From assembly GCF_000143415.4 (NCBI RefSeq), contig NW_003314384.1:310001-374000 (forward strand): a stretch of 64,000 nucleotides of DNA, given 5' to 3'. The DNA is from Selaginella moellendorffii (Eukaryota > Plantae > Lycopodiophyta). Positions 35,347-47,093 of the stretch are shown piece after piece. Made by a program: the position numbers and the translations under genes. Position 1 is the stretch's first letter; every line of letters starts with the position of its first letter. A model generated the notes under the pieces. It made no database searches, was not told where the DNA came from, and worked only from the letters and a program-made list of their open reading frames with translations.

Positions 35347-37278
35347 TTATACATCTCCTCGCTCGAACACAGCTGCCGCTCCCATGCCAGTCCCTGCGGA
35401 AAAAAAAAAAAAAAAAAAACAAAAAGACAATAAAGTGGATGGCCAAATGGTTCACTCACCTATGCACATAGAGACCACTCCGTATCTACAAGCGGACCCA
35501 CGCTTGGCCATTTCATGGAGGAGCGTTGCCACACAGCGAGCACCTATGACAAAATATAAGACACATAAAACACTTAAAAGATTGCTTGCCTGTTGCACCC
35601 AGAGGGTGGCCAAGCGCGATTGCGCCACCATTCACGTTCACCTTCGCAGGGTCAAGTTGCAGCTTCTTGCAACAGTACGTGTACTGCGATGCGAACGCCT
35701 CGTTGATCTCAAACAGATGAATGTCGCTAATCTCCAGGCCAGCATCTTTGACGGCCTTTGGAATCGCAACCGCGGGGCCGATTCCCATCACACCGGGCTC
35801 TACGCCAACCACGGCAAAGCTCCTGTCAAGATTGATAAGCTCCACAATCAATCAAATTCAAGCAAAAAACACTCACCTGAATGCTCCCAGGACTGGCAGG
35901 CCACGCTGAGTTGCACAGCTTCTCTTCATCAGGAGAACGGCTCCAGCACCATCGCTAACTTGGCTCGAATTGCCCGCAGTACTTGTGCCTCCACTCTTGA
36001 ATGCTGGCTTGAGTCTCGCCAACACGCTAAGGGTCGTGTCGGGGCGTACACCGTCGTCCACAGATATGACACTTTCTGTGACCTCTTCAGTGGTGGCATC
36101 CACACGCTGCACACAAGCGTCAGAAACTCATGTTTGTATGAAGCATCACTACCTTGGTTTTCACAGGAGTAATCTCGTCTTTGAATCTTCCACTTGCGAT
36201 TGCTGCTGCTGCATTCTGGTGCGATACAACCTGGATAATATATTGATGACAAAGCTGATCGGAACGTAGCAAACACTTACAGCAGCCTCGTCTTGCTCCT
36301 CTCGAGTGATGCCATATCGCTCAGCAACATTCTCGGACGTAATGCCCATAGGTAACAAGCAGTCTTTAGCCATGCTGTTCAGCTCAACCTGAAGCTTTGA
36401 AGGTAACACATAACAAAAGAAAGGAATGACACCCGTAATACCTGGGGATTCACACGAGGTTGCTGCTGAACCCCAAAATCGATTGACATGCACTCCACAC
36501 CAGCGCCGATTCCTGGAAAAGATACGATTAAACAAGGAAACTACATCAACCGTGAAAACGCGAGACCAATTTCATAGAATCCAGATTTGATTGCCGCTGC
36601 AACATCTCCAACAGCTTGTAGACCGGATGAGCACTGCCTGTTGACAGTTCGAACTGGTACAGTGTCTGCAAGCAAGAGAATAAAAAACAGAAAGTAAGAA
36701 CAGGTCTCTGCCTGTACGCTTGACAAACCTGGAAAGCCAGCCAGGAGAGCAGCGATTCGACACTCAGCCGCCCGATGGGAACCGGGTGCTATGACGGTCC
36801 CGACGACAATGTCACCAACGTCAGCTGGTATTACGCCGGTGTGAGCCACCACTGCCTGGAAAGAATTGTCGAAAAACGTGCGAACAAAGTTTCACAAGAT
36901 ACCTTGAGAACAGGAACCAGTAAATCCTCCGGGAAGCTGTCCTTAAAGCCACCACGCTTGGCCTTGCATATCGGTGTCCGGAATGCTCTGCCACAACCCA
37001 GGTGGAGTTTAAAATTTGGAAGTGAAGAAAAGAAAGAAGTCTTGAATGACTCACGCAACAATGACAACATCGTCACTGAGCTCAGGAGGACAGGCTGAAG
37101 GCTGCTGCGAAGAGAACACACAGACAAGAGAAGTTGAAGTTGAGAGCGAGCAAACAAAATTCTCTAGCTTACAGTGGAGCTCTGCATCATCACAAGAGGC
37201 GAGAATGCCAAAGCAAGAGAATAGTACCAGCAAATGGTTGCGCTGATCGACAGGTGAGCGAGAATGGCCGAAAAGCAT
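35347..37278 (-). CDS. KAT2: 3-ketoacyl-CoA thiolase (KAT2/PED1-like); 5' end uncertain
   Basis: [94 protein letters not shown]. Catalytic C/H/C intact. GC-AG intron at 35544-35589. Confidence 0.92.
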
Positions 37279-37302
37279 TTCCTGCCTAACACCAAAAAAA
37301 TT

Positions 37303-37978
37303 CCAAAGCCAGACTGGTTGGTAAGGAGATGGGATTTTTTTCTCTCACAGGTTTATGCAACACAATCCCTCTGGCTTGATGCCGGCTCTCCGCGACGGTC
37401 CTGATTGGATTCAAGATTCGGACAAAATCATTGTGCATGTGGAGAAGAAGTTCAAGGAGCCGTCTCTGAAAACTCCAGACGAATTCAAAGTCGATGTCTA
37501 CAAGTTAGATCGATTGCTGCTAAGATGAGATTGGATTTTCCAGCGGTGCTGGCATCTTTCCAGTGTTCACTAACTGACTCAAGTCCAAGGACCGAAGCGC
37601 TCCAGCAAAGACAGATTTTATCAACGAGCTCACAGCTTTCGAGGAGCAATTGAAGAAACACGTAAGTTTCTCCATGTATATGTGTAAGTTCTTTGTAATG
37701 TTCTTCTCATTTATTTTGTTTCTCAGGGCCCTTACATCGCTGGAAAAAATCCCACTGATTCCGACTTTGCTCTGGCTCCAAAGCTCCGTCATGCTAGAAT
37801 GGCTCTCGAGCACTTCATGGACTTCGTCTTCCCCAGTAACCTCCAGCACGTTGCAAAGTACATGGTAAGCTTTCCGCCAAGCACTCGCTCTTCTTTTCTC
37901 ACTTTCCTTTTTCTTTTTCATTTAGCTCACGACGAGATGATCATCGCAGGGTGGCAGACCAAGTTCGGACAAGATTGA
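37303..37978 (+). pseudogene. DHAR: 5'-truncated dehydroascorbate reductase (DHAR)-like pseudogene with introns
   Basis: KPDWFMQHNPSGLMPALRDGPDWIQDSDKI, IFPVFTN*LKSKD (TGA at 37575), GPYIAGKNPTDSDFALAPKL, frameshifted IIAGWQTKF. No N-terminal CPF motif. Confidence 0.8.
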
Positions 37979-38147
37979 CAAGAACTCGGGACACGAGAAG
38001 AAAACCGCGGCTACACCAGTTGTCTTGGACGGTCTAGGGTTTTGGGGGGATGGCGTCACTGTGCTGGACGAATGTGGTGCGCAGGCTGTGTGAGCTTTGT
38101 GTGTTTCAAAGGTGTTAATTTGCTGTTGCTTTGCTGTTGCAGGCATC

Positions 38148-38800
38148 ATGCTGAATGGGAGGATCGCAGAGATTTTTCGACGCTTCAACATCACAGGCGA
38201 CCTCAAGGCAGCAGTCCTTCATCTCATGGAGAGCAGCGGCAAGGACGAGGATCCAATTCTGGTAATAGTGTGGAATCCTGCCGAGCTTCAAAGGATTGCT
38301 GGGCCAAAGCAGGGTAAGGCACAAATCCTACAGGCTTTCTCGAATGCCGCCGGATGCAGTCGATTACCAGCTGGGTACCCCTGCGAGGATCAAGTCTTTT
38401 GCTTTCGGTCCTTGGGAGACTTGTTCGCTCTGAAGGTACGACAACAGAGAGAATTCGTTATTGACAATATTTCCGCCTTTGTAGACAACCTTGGTGACAC
38501 AATACCAGTGGTGTTATGGGAATTATCCAAATCCCGTGGCAACTACGCTTCTGATCACTGATCTAAGGAAGGTTGTGCCGACTGTGGACTCCTTCCCGAT
38601 GTTCTACTGAACCCAAGGTAAAAGCTCATTGCTACTCTTCATCAAATTCGTTGCGTCTTCTTGTTGATTGTGCTGTTGCTTACCATGTAGGCTTTATCCC
38701 ACGCAGCTGATCGCCCAAACTGTTTTCCGTTTCGGGTGGACGACTTAACGAACTCGCAGCTCTCGTCCATGGATGCGTTTTACTTCACTCGGCCAGTCCA
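38148..38800 (+). pseudogene. Spliced-looking hypothetical gene or fragment, weakly NYN-domain-like
   Basis: Several GT-AG intron-like segments. Pieces ILVIVWNPAEL and WCYGNYPNPVATTLLITD. No consistent frame. Confidence 0.25.
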
Positions 38801-38872
38801 AGTGACAAACAAGGAGCTTTTCTTCTCATCTTGATTCACATACTTTTGTCTCCACCGACGGATTGCTCACAA

Positions 38873-40198
38873 TCAAGTGTCTGGTTGATGGGCTTCTCTC
38901 CAGCGGCCCCCACGAGCAAAACCTTGCTCGCACTCCGAGCTCGAGTGCGTTCTACACGCTCCCAGCAGCGTCTTCCACGACACATAGTCGGGGACGTAGG
39001 GCATGGAGTTGACGAGCGCCTCGGCCTTGCCAAGCAGCCCGGCCCTACCAAACGTATCCACGACGCAGCGGTAGTGATCGATGCGAAACTCGACGCCAAA
39101 GTCCGCCACCTGTGATCGATGCGGTGCTTGCACAGGCTCAAGCTCCTGCTCTGGCTGCACGAAGCGAGAACCTCTCGTTCGGAGGCCAGCCTTCGAGCAT
39201 CTCATGGAAGAAATGGAGCGCCTGGCGAAAGCTCCCGCTGGAGGTGAGGCCCGCGATCATACAGTTCCAAGTCACCGTCGTGTGCTCGGGATTCCTTGCG
39301 AATGCTTCATGGATGTTGCCTTAGTGAGCGTACTTCTGGATCATCATCGATCACGCCATGGAGTTCCTCCGGGGCATGTGCTCGAAGATCTCTCTCGCGG
39401 CGAGTGCGTCGCCGGAGATAGTGAAGGCCTGCGTTCCAGGAGACTGAATCGAGCTCGGGCATGTAGTGAAAGGCCTCGAGCGGTCCTCGCAGCTCCCGGA
39501 CTTGGCATAGGCCGTCACCAATGTGTTCCACGACACGACGTTTTGGAGAGCACCGCCTTTGCCTCGTCGAGACAGCCCTTGTCGCAATTGGCAGCGACAA
39601 GAGTGTGACGCATCCTGTCAAAGAGATCTTTGCCCTGGGAGCAGGACGGAGCACGCGGCGATGATGCATTGAATCAAATAGCTCCTTCCAAATGCCCGTC
39701 TGAGGCATACGCTAGAACCATACTGTTCCATGCAGTGTGGTTCCACCTTGGAATTTTTGTAAACACTCGATAAGCGTTTCTGGAAGTTCTGGTGGCGACC
39801 ATAACCGACCACAAAACAATGCTCTCTGAGGCATCACGGAGATCGTACTCAATATGCCCCGACCGGGCATACGCCACCATGAACGACGACCACGAGACAA
39901 CCGTGTGCTTCGAAGTCCGTTCAAAGACTTTTCTCGCCTCGGAGAGATCCACGGCATCCGCAGGAGCGCGCTCCACGTGATGACAGTCCTTTCAGGCATC
40001 TCGGAGAAAATCTGTCAAACTTTCTCCAAATCCCCCGCCCCGGCATATGCAGTCATGAGAGAACTTTGGCGAAATACGTCCACGAAACCATCTTTCCGGG
40101 AGCATGTGAAAGAGATCGTTGGCGTGAAAAAATTGCGAGTCCCGCGCGTACGCTGTAATCATCGTTTTCCACGAAACCAGATGCATCAGATCAAACAC
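38873..40198 (-). pseudogene. Fragmented PLS-E PPR pseudogene
   Basis: Out-of-frame pieces [60 protein letters not shown]...[16 protein letters not shown]. Confidence 0.85.
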
Positions 40199-40425
40199 CC
40201 CATCAGATCCAAGGAAATTTCTTTACTCAAAAACCAACAGCAAGACTGATGTAACAAATAGGAATTAGGCCCACTTGCTCAATGTTAAACAATGCTATAA
40301 GCATTAGAGGGAACCAAAAAAATCATAACAACTTAGTTACGCAACAAAGATTTCTCCTAGCCGGTGATCTGCTTGCTCCAAGAGCAGACACTAACTCGCG
40401 TGTCGTACAACTCTTCTGCCTCACA

Positions 40426-41910
40426 CTACTTATGCTTCGCTGTGTTGTGTTGCGTAAGAGCAGCCTCATTGGCAAAATTCCTGCAGCAAAAAAAGCAGCT
40501 GTTAACAAGTAGTTCCTGATAGAAAGTGCGTGCTCAGACTCAGAAGTCTCGTCATTCCTCGAAAGGTCCGATTAACGAGATTATGTAGAATCATCACGGC
40601 ACTGCCCTGTACTACCTCTGAACTTGCTTACCGCGAACATATGCCACAGTGATGTTGCCCGCCAGCCTAAAAGCAGAAGTCCAACGTTAGGCCGAGATAT
40701 AAACGATAAGCTTTACTTCACCTTCTTCGTCTCCGAATTAGGAGTAGCAGGAGTCGCCTTTTCCTTTTTCTTGTCCTTCTCCTTTTTGCCCGAGGACTTT
40801 GGAGTCTTTGCCACAGCCTCAGCGGCTGATAAATCTTTCTTACCTGACTTTGGTGCTGTTGGCGTTTTCCCTGATGGCGTTTTGATCTTCTTTTGAGCCG
40901 GTGGCGTAAGAGCTGCCGGAGCTCTCTTCTTTCCCATCTGCAAATAACATTGTAGGCTACACGTTTTTAACATGTGAGACTTTGCGTACCAGGCGAGCTC
41001 TAAGATCCTCCTCATCAATTTCCTCATCGTCGTCATCATCGTCATCGTCGTCGTCGTTGTCATCATCGTCGCCCTCATCAATGTCGTCGTCGTCATCGTC
41101 ATCACTTTCCATCTGCAAGAACTATTTTTCCGCTTAAAAAAGTTACGAACCTAAGAAACGCACCATCGCTTGCCGCAAGGCAAGATCCTTCGCGTTGACC
41201 TCATCGTCGTCCTCATCATCGTCGTCGTCGTCGTCGTCGTCGCCGTCATCATCGTCGTCGTCGTCATCATCGTCATCGCTGTCGCTCTCGCTATCGCTAT
41301 CGCTCGAGCCTAACGGAACTTTGACATTTCCTGTGCAAGAACCAAGCGCATGAGAAGAGCAGATGGTAGTTAAACAAGATAACACACCGTTTTCCTTCCG
41401 GACACCATGGTCATGTTCCCTATCCAGCTCCTGAAGCTCGCCTGTAAACATTCCAGATGTAAGTGCGTCCGCTGGTCAGGGCGAAAAAAACGTTCTCTTA
41501 CCCGACCCTTCCGTTCTGTAGCCCGAGAAGTGCACAGCCAGCGTACTGCTGTTGTGCGAGAGCTGGAAAGACTTGCTAATGATCAAGTCTAGCGCGATAT
41601 GATCGCGTTGGCCGGGTATGAGCGTGCCCAAAACAATCTCCTCGCCTTGCGTCTTAAGTCGCAAGATCACGCGTTCATTCTTGGCGGATGATCCCACCTC
41701 GCCCAAAGCAGCCTGCAAAACAAACACGTTACACGGGGTTTCGTCCAGCTTGATCTTGGCTTACATTCGAGATGTGCAAATAGCTCGAATCCTCCACTGG
41801 GCACTTGATAGACTTGGATGGTAAGACCTTGACGCCTGCAACAAGAAAAGGATTAAGCTTTTTCGCCTTCGCCTTCTCTAGCAGCGCTCGCGCTTACCCC
41901 AAAACTCCAT
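40426..41910 (-). CDS. HDT: HD2/HDT nucleoplasmin-domain protein with acidic tracts and C-terminal C2H2 zinc finger
   Basis: MEFWG first exon, YLHISNAALGE, VHFSGY, Asp-rich exons. Spliced tail HHCGICSRNFANEAALTQHNTAKHK* (TAG at 40426). Confidence 0.92.
40529..40603 (-). ncRNA. U30: Intronic box C/D snoRNA, U30 (SNORD30)-like, guiding 25S rRNA 2'-O-methylation
   Basis: C box GTGATGA (40597-40591), guide AATCTCGTTAAT complementary to LSU rRNA AUUAACGAGAUU, D'-like CGGA, UUCG hairpin, C' ATGACGA, D box CTGA (40537-40534), terminal GTGC/GCAC stem. Lies in the 151-nt last intron of HDT. Confidence 0.88.
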
Positions 41911-42026
41911 AGCCGCGCCGTGCCTTAAACCCTAGCCCTAGTAAGAAATGAGCCGTTGTATGCCAAAGAATATACCCAGCGCTTTAATCCAGCAAATCGC
42001 GGCCGTCGATTCATTCGATTCCCGGA
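41911..42026. promoter_or_regulatory. 116-bp bidirectional promoter HDT/FAX1 with telo-box
   Basis: Divergent ATGs at 41910 and 42027. AAACCCTA at 41927. Confidence 0.55.
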
Positions 42027-43042
42027 ATGGAGGCACTTGGACTGAGGCCACTGCCGGTAGGGCTGGGCTATGCTCGATCCATCTCTCGATCGCGCTCCAT
42101 CCCTCTCCGCAAGCTCCAGCTGCGCCCTTGTTTCACTACATTTCGATGGAGCTCCCAATTCTCGCGCTTTTCCCTGGATCACGACTCGGACATGGTAAGA
42201 AAAGAATGAGCGAGCCTTCATCCATCCCCATATATGACTTGGCATCCTCCAAGGCCTCAGGATCAGGATCCGGGGACGAATTCGACGATCATTCTGGCCG
42301 GATCGACTCTGTAGACCCTAGTGTCTTGACCGAAGATCAAGGGGATTTTGGTGTGACTGCGGCGTTGCTGGGCGAGGAGGAGGATGAGCAGGCCGTGGAT
42401 CACAGCCTCCATCGCGTCAAAGACATCCTGGACGCGGCGGGCAACGAGAAACACTCCAAGGGGGCCAAGCTCCACGACTTTTGCCTGGGCATCCCATATG
42501 GTGTGGGTGATAGCTTATTTCTATTTCCCTCTTATAAGCCTCTTTTCTCTTATATATAAGCTTTGCTCTTTGATCGTCCGCAGGAGGAGTGCTTGTTGCG
42601 AGTGGTGTCGCCTCGTTCATACTCACTGGCAGCGCTTGGGCTATACAAGTCGGCCTCGTCTTGGGCGGTCTTCTCTTGATGCTCAGCGTCTCCAGCTTAA
42701 ACGCCTGGAAGAAGGGAAAGTCCTCCATGTCTTACATTCAGGGCCAGGCAGGTTAGCGCTCCATTCCCATTGCCCTCGTGTTGGCATGGCTGACTTCTTT
42801 CCCTGGCAGCCATAGCGTTTGTGATTTTTCTCGTGCAGCTTGGGAAAGCACGCCAGAGAGTGTCTCTACTGCCAATGCTGGCTTCACTCGTGAGGTGAGT
42901 CTCCTACCATAGGCTTGGATTGTTTTTCTAACTGAGATTTTGTTCATGTAGCGGAGCTATGCTCGGGTTTTTCTGCTATGTTTTCCTTGCCGGCGGCAAC
43001 CCACCACCAAAGAAAGTGACGCCAGTTCCCAAACTTGCATAA
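42027..43042 (+). CDS. FAX1: Fatty acid export 1-like (TMEM14 family) with transit-peptide-like N-terminus
   Basis: GAKLHDFCLGIPYGG, SLNAWKKGKSS, FLAGGNPPPKK. Arg/Ser-rich first exon. GT-AG introns. Confidence 0.88.
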
Positions 43043-43147
43043 CAAGGAGACCATAAAAAAAAAAGTGGTATGTAGTACTTCACCCACAGTCGTGCCGGAC
43101 GTATTCAAGGTCTTTTAGCCTCGCAAGTTGGTTCGTGATCGACACAA

Positions 43148-43830
43148 TTGACTGCATATTCCCCAATTTCGAATCTGAAATCTAAAGCGGAGAACTATTT
43201 TGCTGAGGTTGCCATGGGATTCCAATTTGGAAATTTGTCCAATGTTGCTTCCTCTAAGGGTGGCCTTGTCTGCAAGCATGGTTATGGTGTTCGGGAATCA
43301 AATTATAAATGCAGTGGCAACATTTTTAGAGAGAAGAGCTGCAGATCCATATAGCTCTGCATGAAGATGGATGTTACACCATTGCAGACATTCCAGATCT
43401 TAGGGGTTATATTTGCTGGCAATACGCAATCAAGGTTGGAGTCACGGGATTTTCATTCCCCCAGGGTTGCGAGTTACTACCATGGTCACGACCTTTTGAT
43501 CAAAGTGCCTCCGAAGATATATTGTTTGGCTTTATCGCCACGGGAGCCTCTTGAGCATGAAGAGAAGTTTTGGTCTTCAAACCATAAGATTGTGAGGAAG
43601 AACATGAGGACTTCTCTGCTATGAGAGTGGCATCCAAGATTATCAACTGTGATTACCAATCTGGATACTACGAGGATGTAGACATTGCCTGGAATTTGTT
43701 TCCGAGGTGAGAATCATATAGATCTGTACGGGGAAGCTTGAGCTTACAAGATATGGTGTGTGTGTTGAGAAAGGGGTCTCCATTTGTTTTCGATTTGGTG
43801 GGCTCAAAATGGACTGAGCATCCTCAATCA
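43148..43830 (+). mobile_element. Possible highly decayed non-LTR retrotransposon fragment
   Basis: Broken coding-like sequence with FQILGVIF, resembling the RT F-x-YLG motif. Weak. Confidence 0.2.
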
Positions 43831-43963
43831 ATGTCATCTTTCACACAGTTTTTGTTTATTATAACAACAAATTTCCAGCAAAGGTACCACAATTCAATTC
43901 CACCAACGCGCTGCCAAGTTAGGGCTTGAGTGGACGAGGAAGACGAAGGTATGGTGTGCGAAG

Positions 43964-46900
43964 ATGAGGGGCCGAGGGGGGAGAGCGGGGACGTCCGCCG
44001 CTGCCAATGCGTTGCAAGTGTACGAGCAGATCCGGGCGCAGGGCGCGACGCCAAGCGAGTCAGTGGTTGTGGCGGCGCTCCAAGAATGCGGGCGGCGGAG
44101 AGACCTGGCAAGCGGAATGAGAATCCATGGCTCGGTGGTGGAGGAGCGGGGCAGCGAGGAGGAGGGCGGCATGGGCCTGGTGGTGGCAAACAGTGTGGTG
44201 GACATGTACGCCAAGTGTGGCAGCTTGGCATTGGCACGCCAAACGTTTGAGAGGATGCGGCAGCGCAGCGTCGTGTCGTGGAATTCTCTCATCATGGGCT
44301 GTGCTCGCGGCGGCCAAGCGGACGTTGCTCTGCGACTGTTCGGCCAGATGCGAAACCAAGGCTTCTCGCCCGACGCTCGGACTCTCCTGGCTGCTCTCAA
44401 GGCTTGCAGTGCTCTCCTGCCCGAGGATACGAGCAAGGGGGAGAAGAAGACGATGGCGATGGAGCATGGGAGAGCTGTCCATTCCCTTGTTTCAAAGTCC
44501 GGGCTCGAGGCAGACGTGTTTGTTGCAAGCGCGCTGGTGGATTTGTACTCGAGAGGTGGCGAGTTGGCGGAAGCGCGCAGGATCTTTGACAGAACGGTAA
44601 ATCGTGATGTGGTTCTGTGGAATGCCATGATCGGAGCGTACGCACGCAGCGACGAGGCTAGCGACTGGCACACCGCGTTGGAGATGGTGGAACGCATGCA
44701 ACGCTGTGGAGGCGTCCAGGCAAATGCTGCTACGTTTGTGGCGGCCCTGGGAGCTTGCATTTACCTGGCTACCACGGAGCAAGGATGCTATCAGCTTGAC
44801 GGCGGAGGTGGCAACGCCAGGCTTGTCAAGACGGCTGCTCTCGAAAAGGGGCGAGCTCTACACGCCCGCATTGTAGAGAGTGGCCACGTTCTGGATGTGT
44901 TTGTAGCGAACAGTTTGGTGGACATGTATTCGAAGTGTGGAGCACTCACGGATGCTCGCTCCGTCTTTGACAAGGTGGTGCACCGGGACACGGTGCTTTG
45001 GAACAGCATGCTTATGGCTTACTCTCGGAACGGACATGGCGACGAGTGCCTTGAAGCCTTTTCGGCAATGAAAGGGGAGAGCTGCGAGCCAGATGCCCGG
45101 ACGTTCGTTGCTGTGCTCAAGGCCTGCGCCTGTGAAGAACACAAAGCTGGAAGCATAGACAAGCGAAGGGGTATTCACTCCCAGCTTGTCAGGAGAGGGG
45201 TGGAGGCGGACGTGTACGTTGCGAGCACTCTCTTGGAGATGTACTCGGCATGCGGCAGGCTCGACGATGCGTTTCAGGTATTCGACAGCATGCCTTCGCA
45301 CGATCAAGTGTTGTGGAACGCCATGATCCAAGGCTGTGCTTCTTGTGGACACGGTGACGCATCTCATATTTTGTTTCAGCGCATGCAAGACGAAGCATAC
45401 TTACCCGGCTCTGGAACTTTTGCCGCTGTGCTCAACGGGTGTGCAAACTCAAGCGGGCGTTCCAAGCCAGAGCTTTTGAAACGAGTAAGGGACATTCACT
45501 CTCGGCTTTCAAAGAGCACGGAGGGAGCGGGCCTCCTAGGCAGCAGTCTGATCGACGCCTATGCAAGGTGTGGTGCTTTTGACGAGGCTCGGCAGGTGTT
45601 TGAAGCAATGCCGCGGCAGCACCGGGACATGGGATCGTGGAATGCGCTCGTCCTGGGATATGTTGACAATGGTGACGCACGCTCCGCGCTCGACGCGTTT
45701 GCACGCATGAAAGCGGAGGGTGTTTTACCAAACGCTCGAACTTTTGCTGCCGTTCTCAAGGCCTGTGGAAGCATCGGGGATTTGGAACGCGGCAGAGGCA
45801 TCCAGGCCGAGATCCGCAGCGCCGGGTTAGACAACGATGGCACTCTCGGGAGCAGTATGGTTGGTTTCTTTGCGAAGTGTGGAAGCATAGCAGATGGTCG
45901 GGAGGTCTTTGACAAGCTGCAAGTTCGTGACGTGTCGTGCTGGAACGCGATGATATCTGGCTATGCTCAAGCCGGTGATGGAGGAGAGGCTTTGAGTTTG
46001 TTTAGACGCATGCAAGACGAAGGCTTTACACCGAGTTCCAGGACTTTCATGGCTGCGCTAAGTGCTTGCTCATGTGGAGCTTCTAAAGCAGGTCCTGGTG
46101 GCGGAGAGGACGTAAAAGCATGCTACTTGGAGGAGGTCAGGGGTCTCCACTCGCAGCTTGTTGACAATGGACCTGAGCTTGATGCATTTTTGGGAAGCAG
46201 CCTCATCGATGCGTATAGCAAATGTGGGAGCACACGAGAGGCACTGGAGGTTTTCGACCGGATGCCCGATCGCAACGTCAACCTTGTTACCTGGAATGCC
46301 ATCATTCTTGGCTGTGCTCACAACGGCGAGCCTGACTGCGCGATGCAGCTCTTCTCACGCATGAAACGCCAAGGCGTTAGACCGGATGCTCTGACTTACG
46401 CTGGAGCACTCCAAGCCTGTGGCAGCAAAGGGGACTTGGAGGCCGGACGGACGATTTACGACGAGGTGCGCGGTTCCGGACTGATGGAGGAGAAGAACGT
46501 CCTGATAGCAAGCTCTCTAATCAGTTTCTTTGGCAAGTGCGGGAGCATGGTGGACGCCCAACACATATTCGACTCCTCGGCTGCATTCCTTGCCAAGGAG
46601 TCTGTGGCATGGAACTCACTCATGACGGGTTACAGCCACCAGGGAGACGCACAGCGCGTGTTTGGCCTCTTTGGCGATATGCTGGAGCGACGCTTGCAGG
46701 TGGACGGTTTCACCTTCCTGTCGCTCCTCACGGCATGCGGGCGCGCGGGCCTGGTCGACCAGGGAAAGCACTACTTCCAACTCATGGCCTCCCCGCGCTT
46801 CAGCATTGCTCCCTGGTACGAGCACTACAGCTGCATGGTGGACTTGCTGGGGCGTTCCAATCGCCTAGAGGAAGCGGCTGCGTTGGCAATGGAGATGCCA

Positions 46901-47056
46901 GTGAAGGGATTGAGCGTGTGGAAGAGTCTGCTGGCGTCGTGCCAGAGGTGGAAGAATGTTGAGGCAGCAAAGGTGGCGTTCGAGGCGATACAGAAACTGG
47001 ACGACCGTGATAGCGCAGCTTACGTGCTCATGGCGAACACGTATGCATCCGGCTGA
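43964..47056 (+). CDS. PLS-class PPR protein with E domain (1030 aa, intronless)
   Basis: P-L-S triplets (VANSLVDMYSKCG, WNAMI). Ends HYSCMVDLLGR...WKSLLASCQRW...DSAAYVLMANTYASG. Confidence 0.95.
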   Translation: MRGRGGRAGTSAAANALQVYEQIRAQGATPSESVVVAALQECGRRRDLASGMRIHGSVVEERGSEEEGGMGLVVANSVVDMYAKCGSLALARQTFERMRQRSVVSWNSLIMGCARGGQADVALRLFGQMRNQGFSPDARTLLAALKACSALLPEDTSKGEKKTMAMEHGRAVHSLVSKSGLEADVFVASALVDLYSRGGELAEARRIFDRTVNRDVVLWNAMIGAYARSDEASDWHTALEMVERMQRCGGVQANAATFVAALGACIYLATTEQGCYQLDGGGGNARLVKTAALEKGRALHARIVESGHVLDVFVANSLVDMYSKCGALTDARSVFDKVVHRDTVLWNSMLMAYSRNGHGDECLEAFSAMKGESCEPDARTFVAVLKACACEEHKAGSIDKRRGIHSQLVRRGVEADVYVASTLLEMYSACGRLDDAFQVFDSMPSHDQVLWNAMIQGCASCGHGDASHILFQRMQDEAYLPGSGTFAAVLNGCANSSGRSKPELLKRVRDIHSRLSKSTEGAGLLGSSLIDAYARCGAFDEARQVFEAMPRQHRDMGSWNALVLGYVDNGDARSALDAFARMKAEGVLPNARTFAAVLKACGSIGDLERGRGIQAEIRSAGLDNDGTLGSSMVGFFAKCGSIADGREVFDKLQVRDVSCWNAMISGYAQAGDGGEALSLFRRMQDEGFTPSSRTFMAALSACSCGASKAGPGGGEDVKACYLEEVRGLHSQLVDNGPELDAFLGSSLIDAYSKCGSTREALEVFDRMPDRNVNLVTWNAIILGCAHNGEPDCAMQLFSRMKRQGVRPDALTYAGALQACGSKGDLEAGRTIYDEVRGSGLMEEKNVLIASSLISFFGKCGSMVDAQHIFDSSAAFLAKESVAWNSLMTGYSHQGDAQRVFGLFGDMLERRLQVDGFTFLSLLTACGRAGLVDQGKHYFQLMASPRFSIAPWYEHYSCMVDLLGRSNRLEEAAALAMEMPVKGLSVWKSLLASCQRWKNVEAAKVAFEAIQKLDDRDSAAYVLMANTYASG

Positions 47057-47093
47057 GGTGGCTCGAGTAGCGGGGAATTGAATTTGATCACCA

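Noticed and set aside
37575-37577. In-frame TGA in DHAR as selenocysteine or read-through
   Set aside because: Non-catalytic position, probably TGG>TGA. The gene is also 5'-truncated and frameshifted, and land plants lack Sec insertion.
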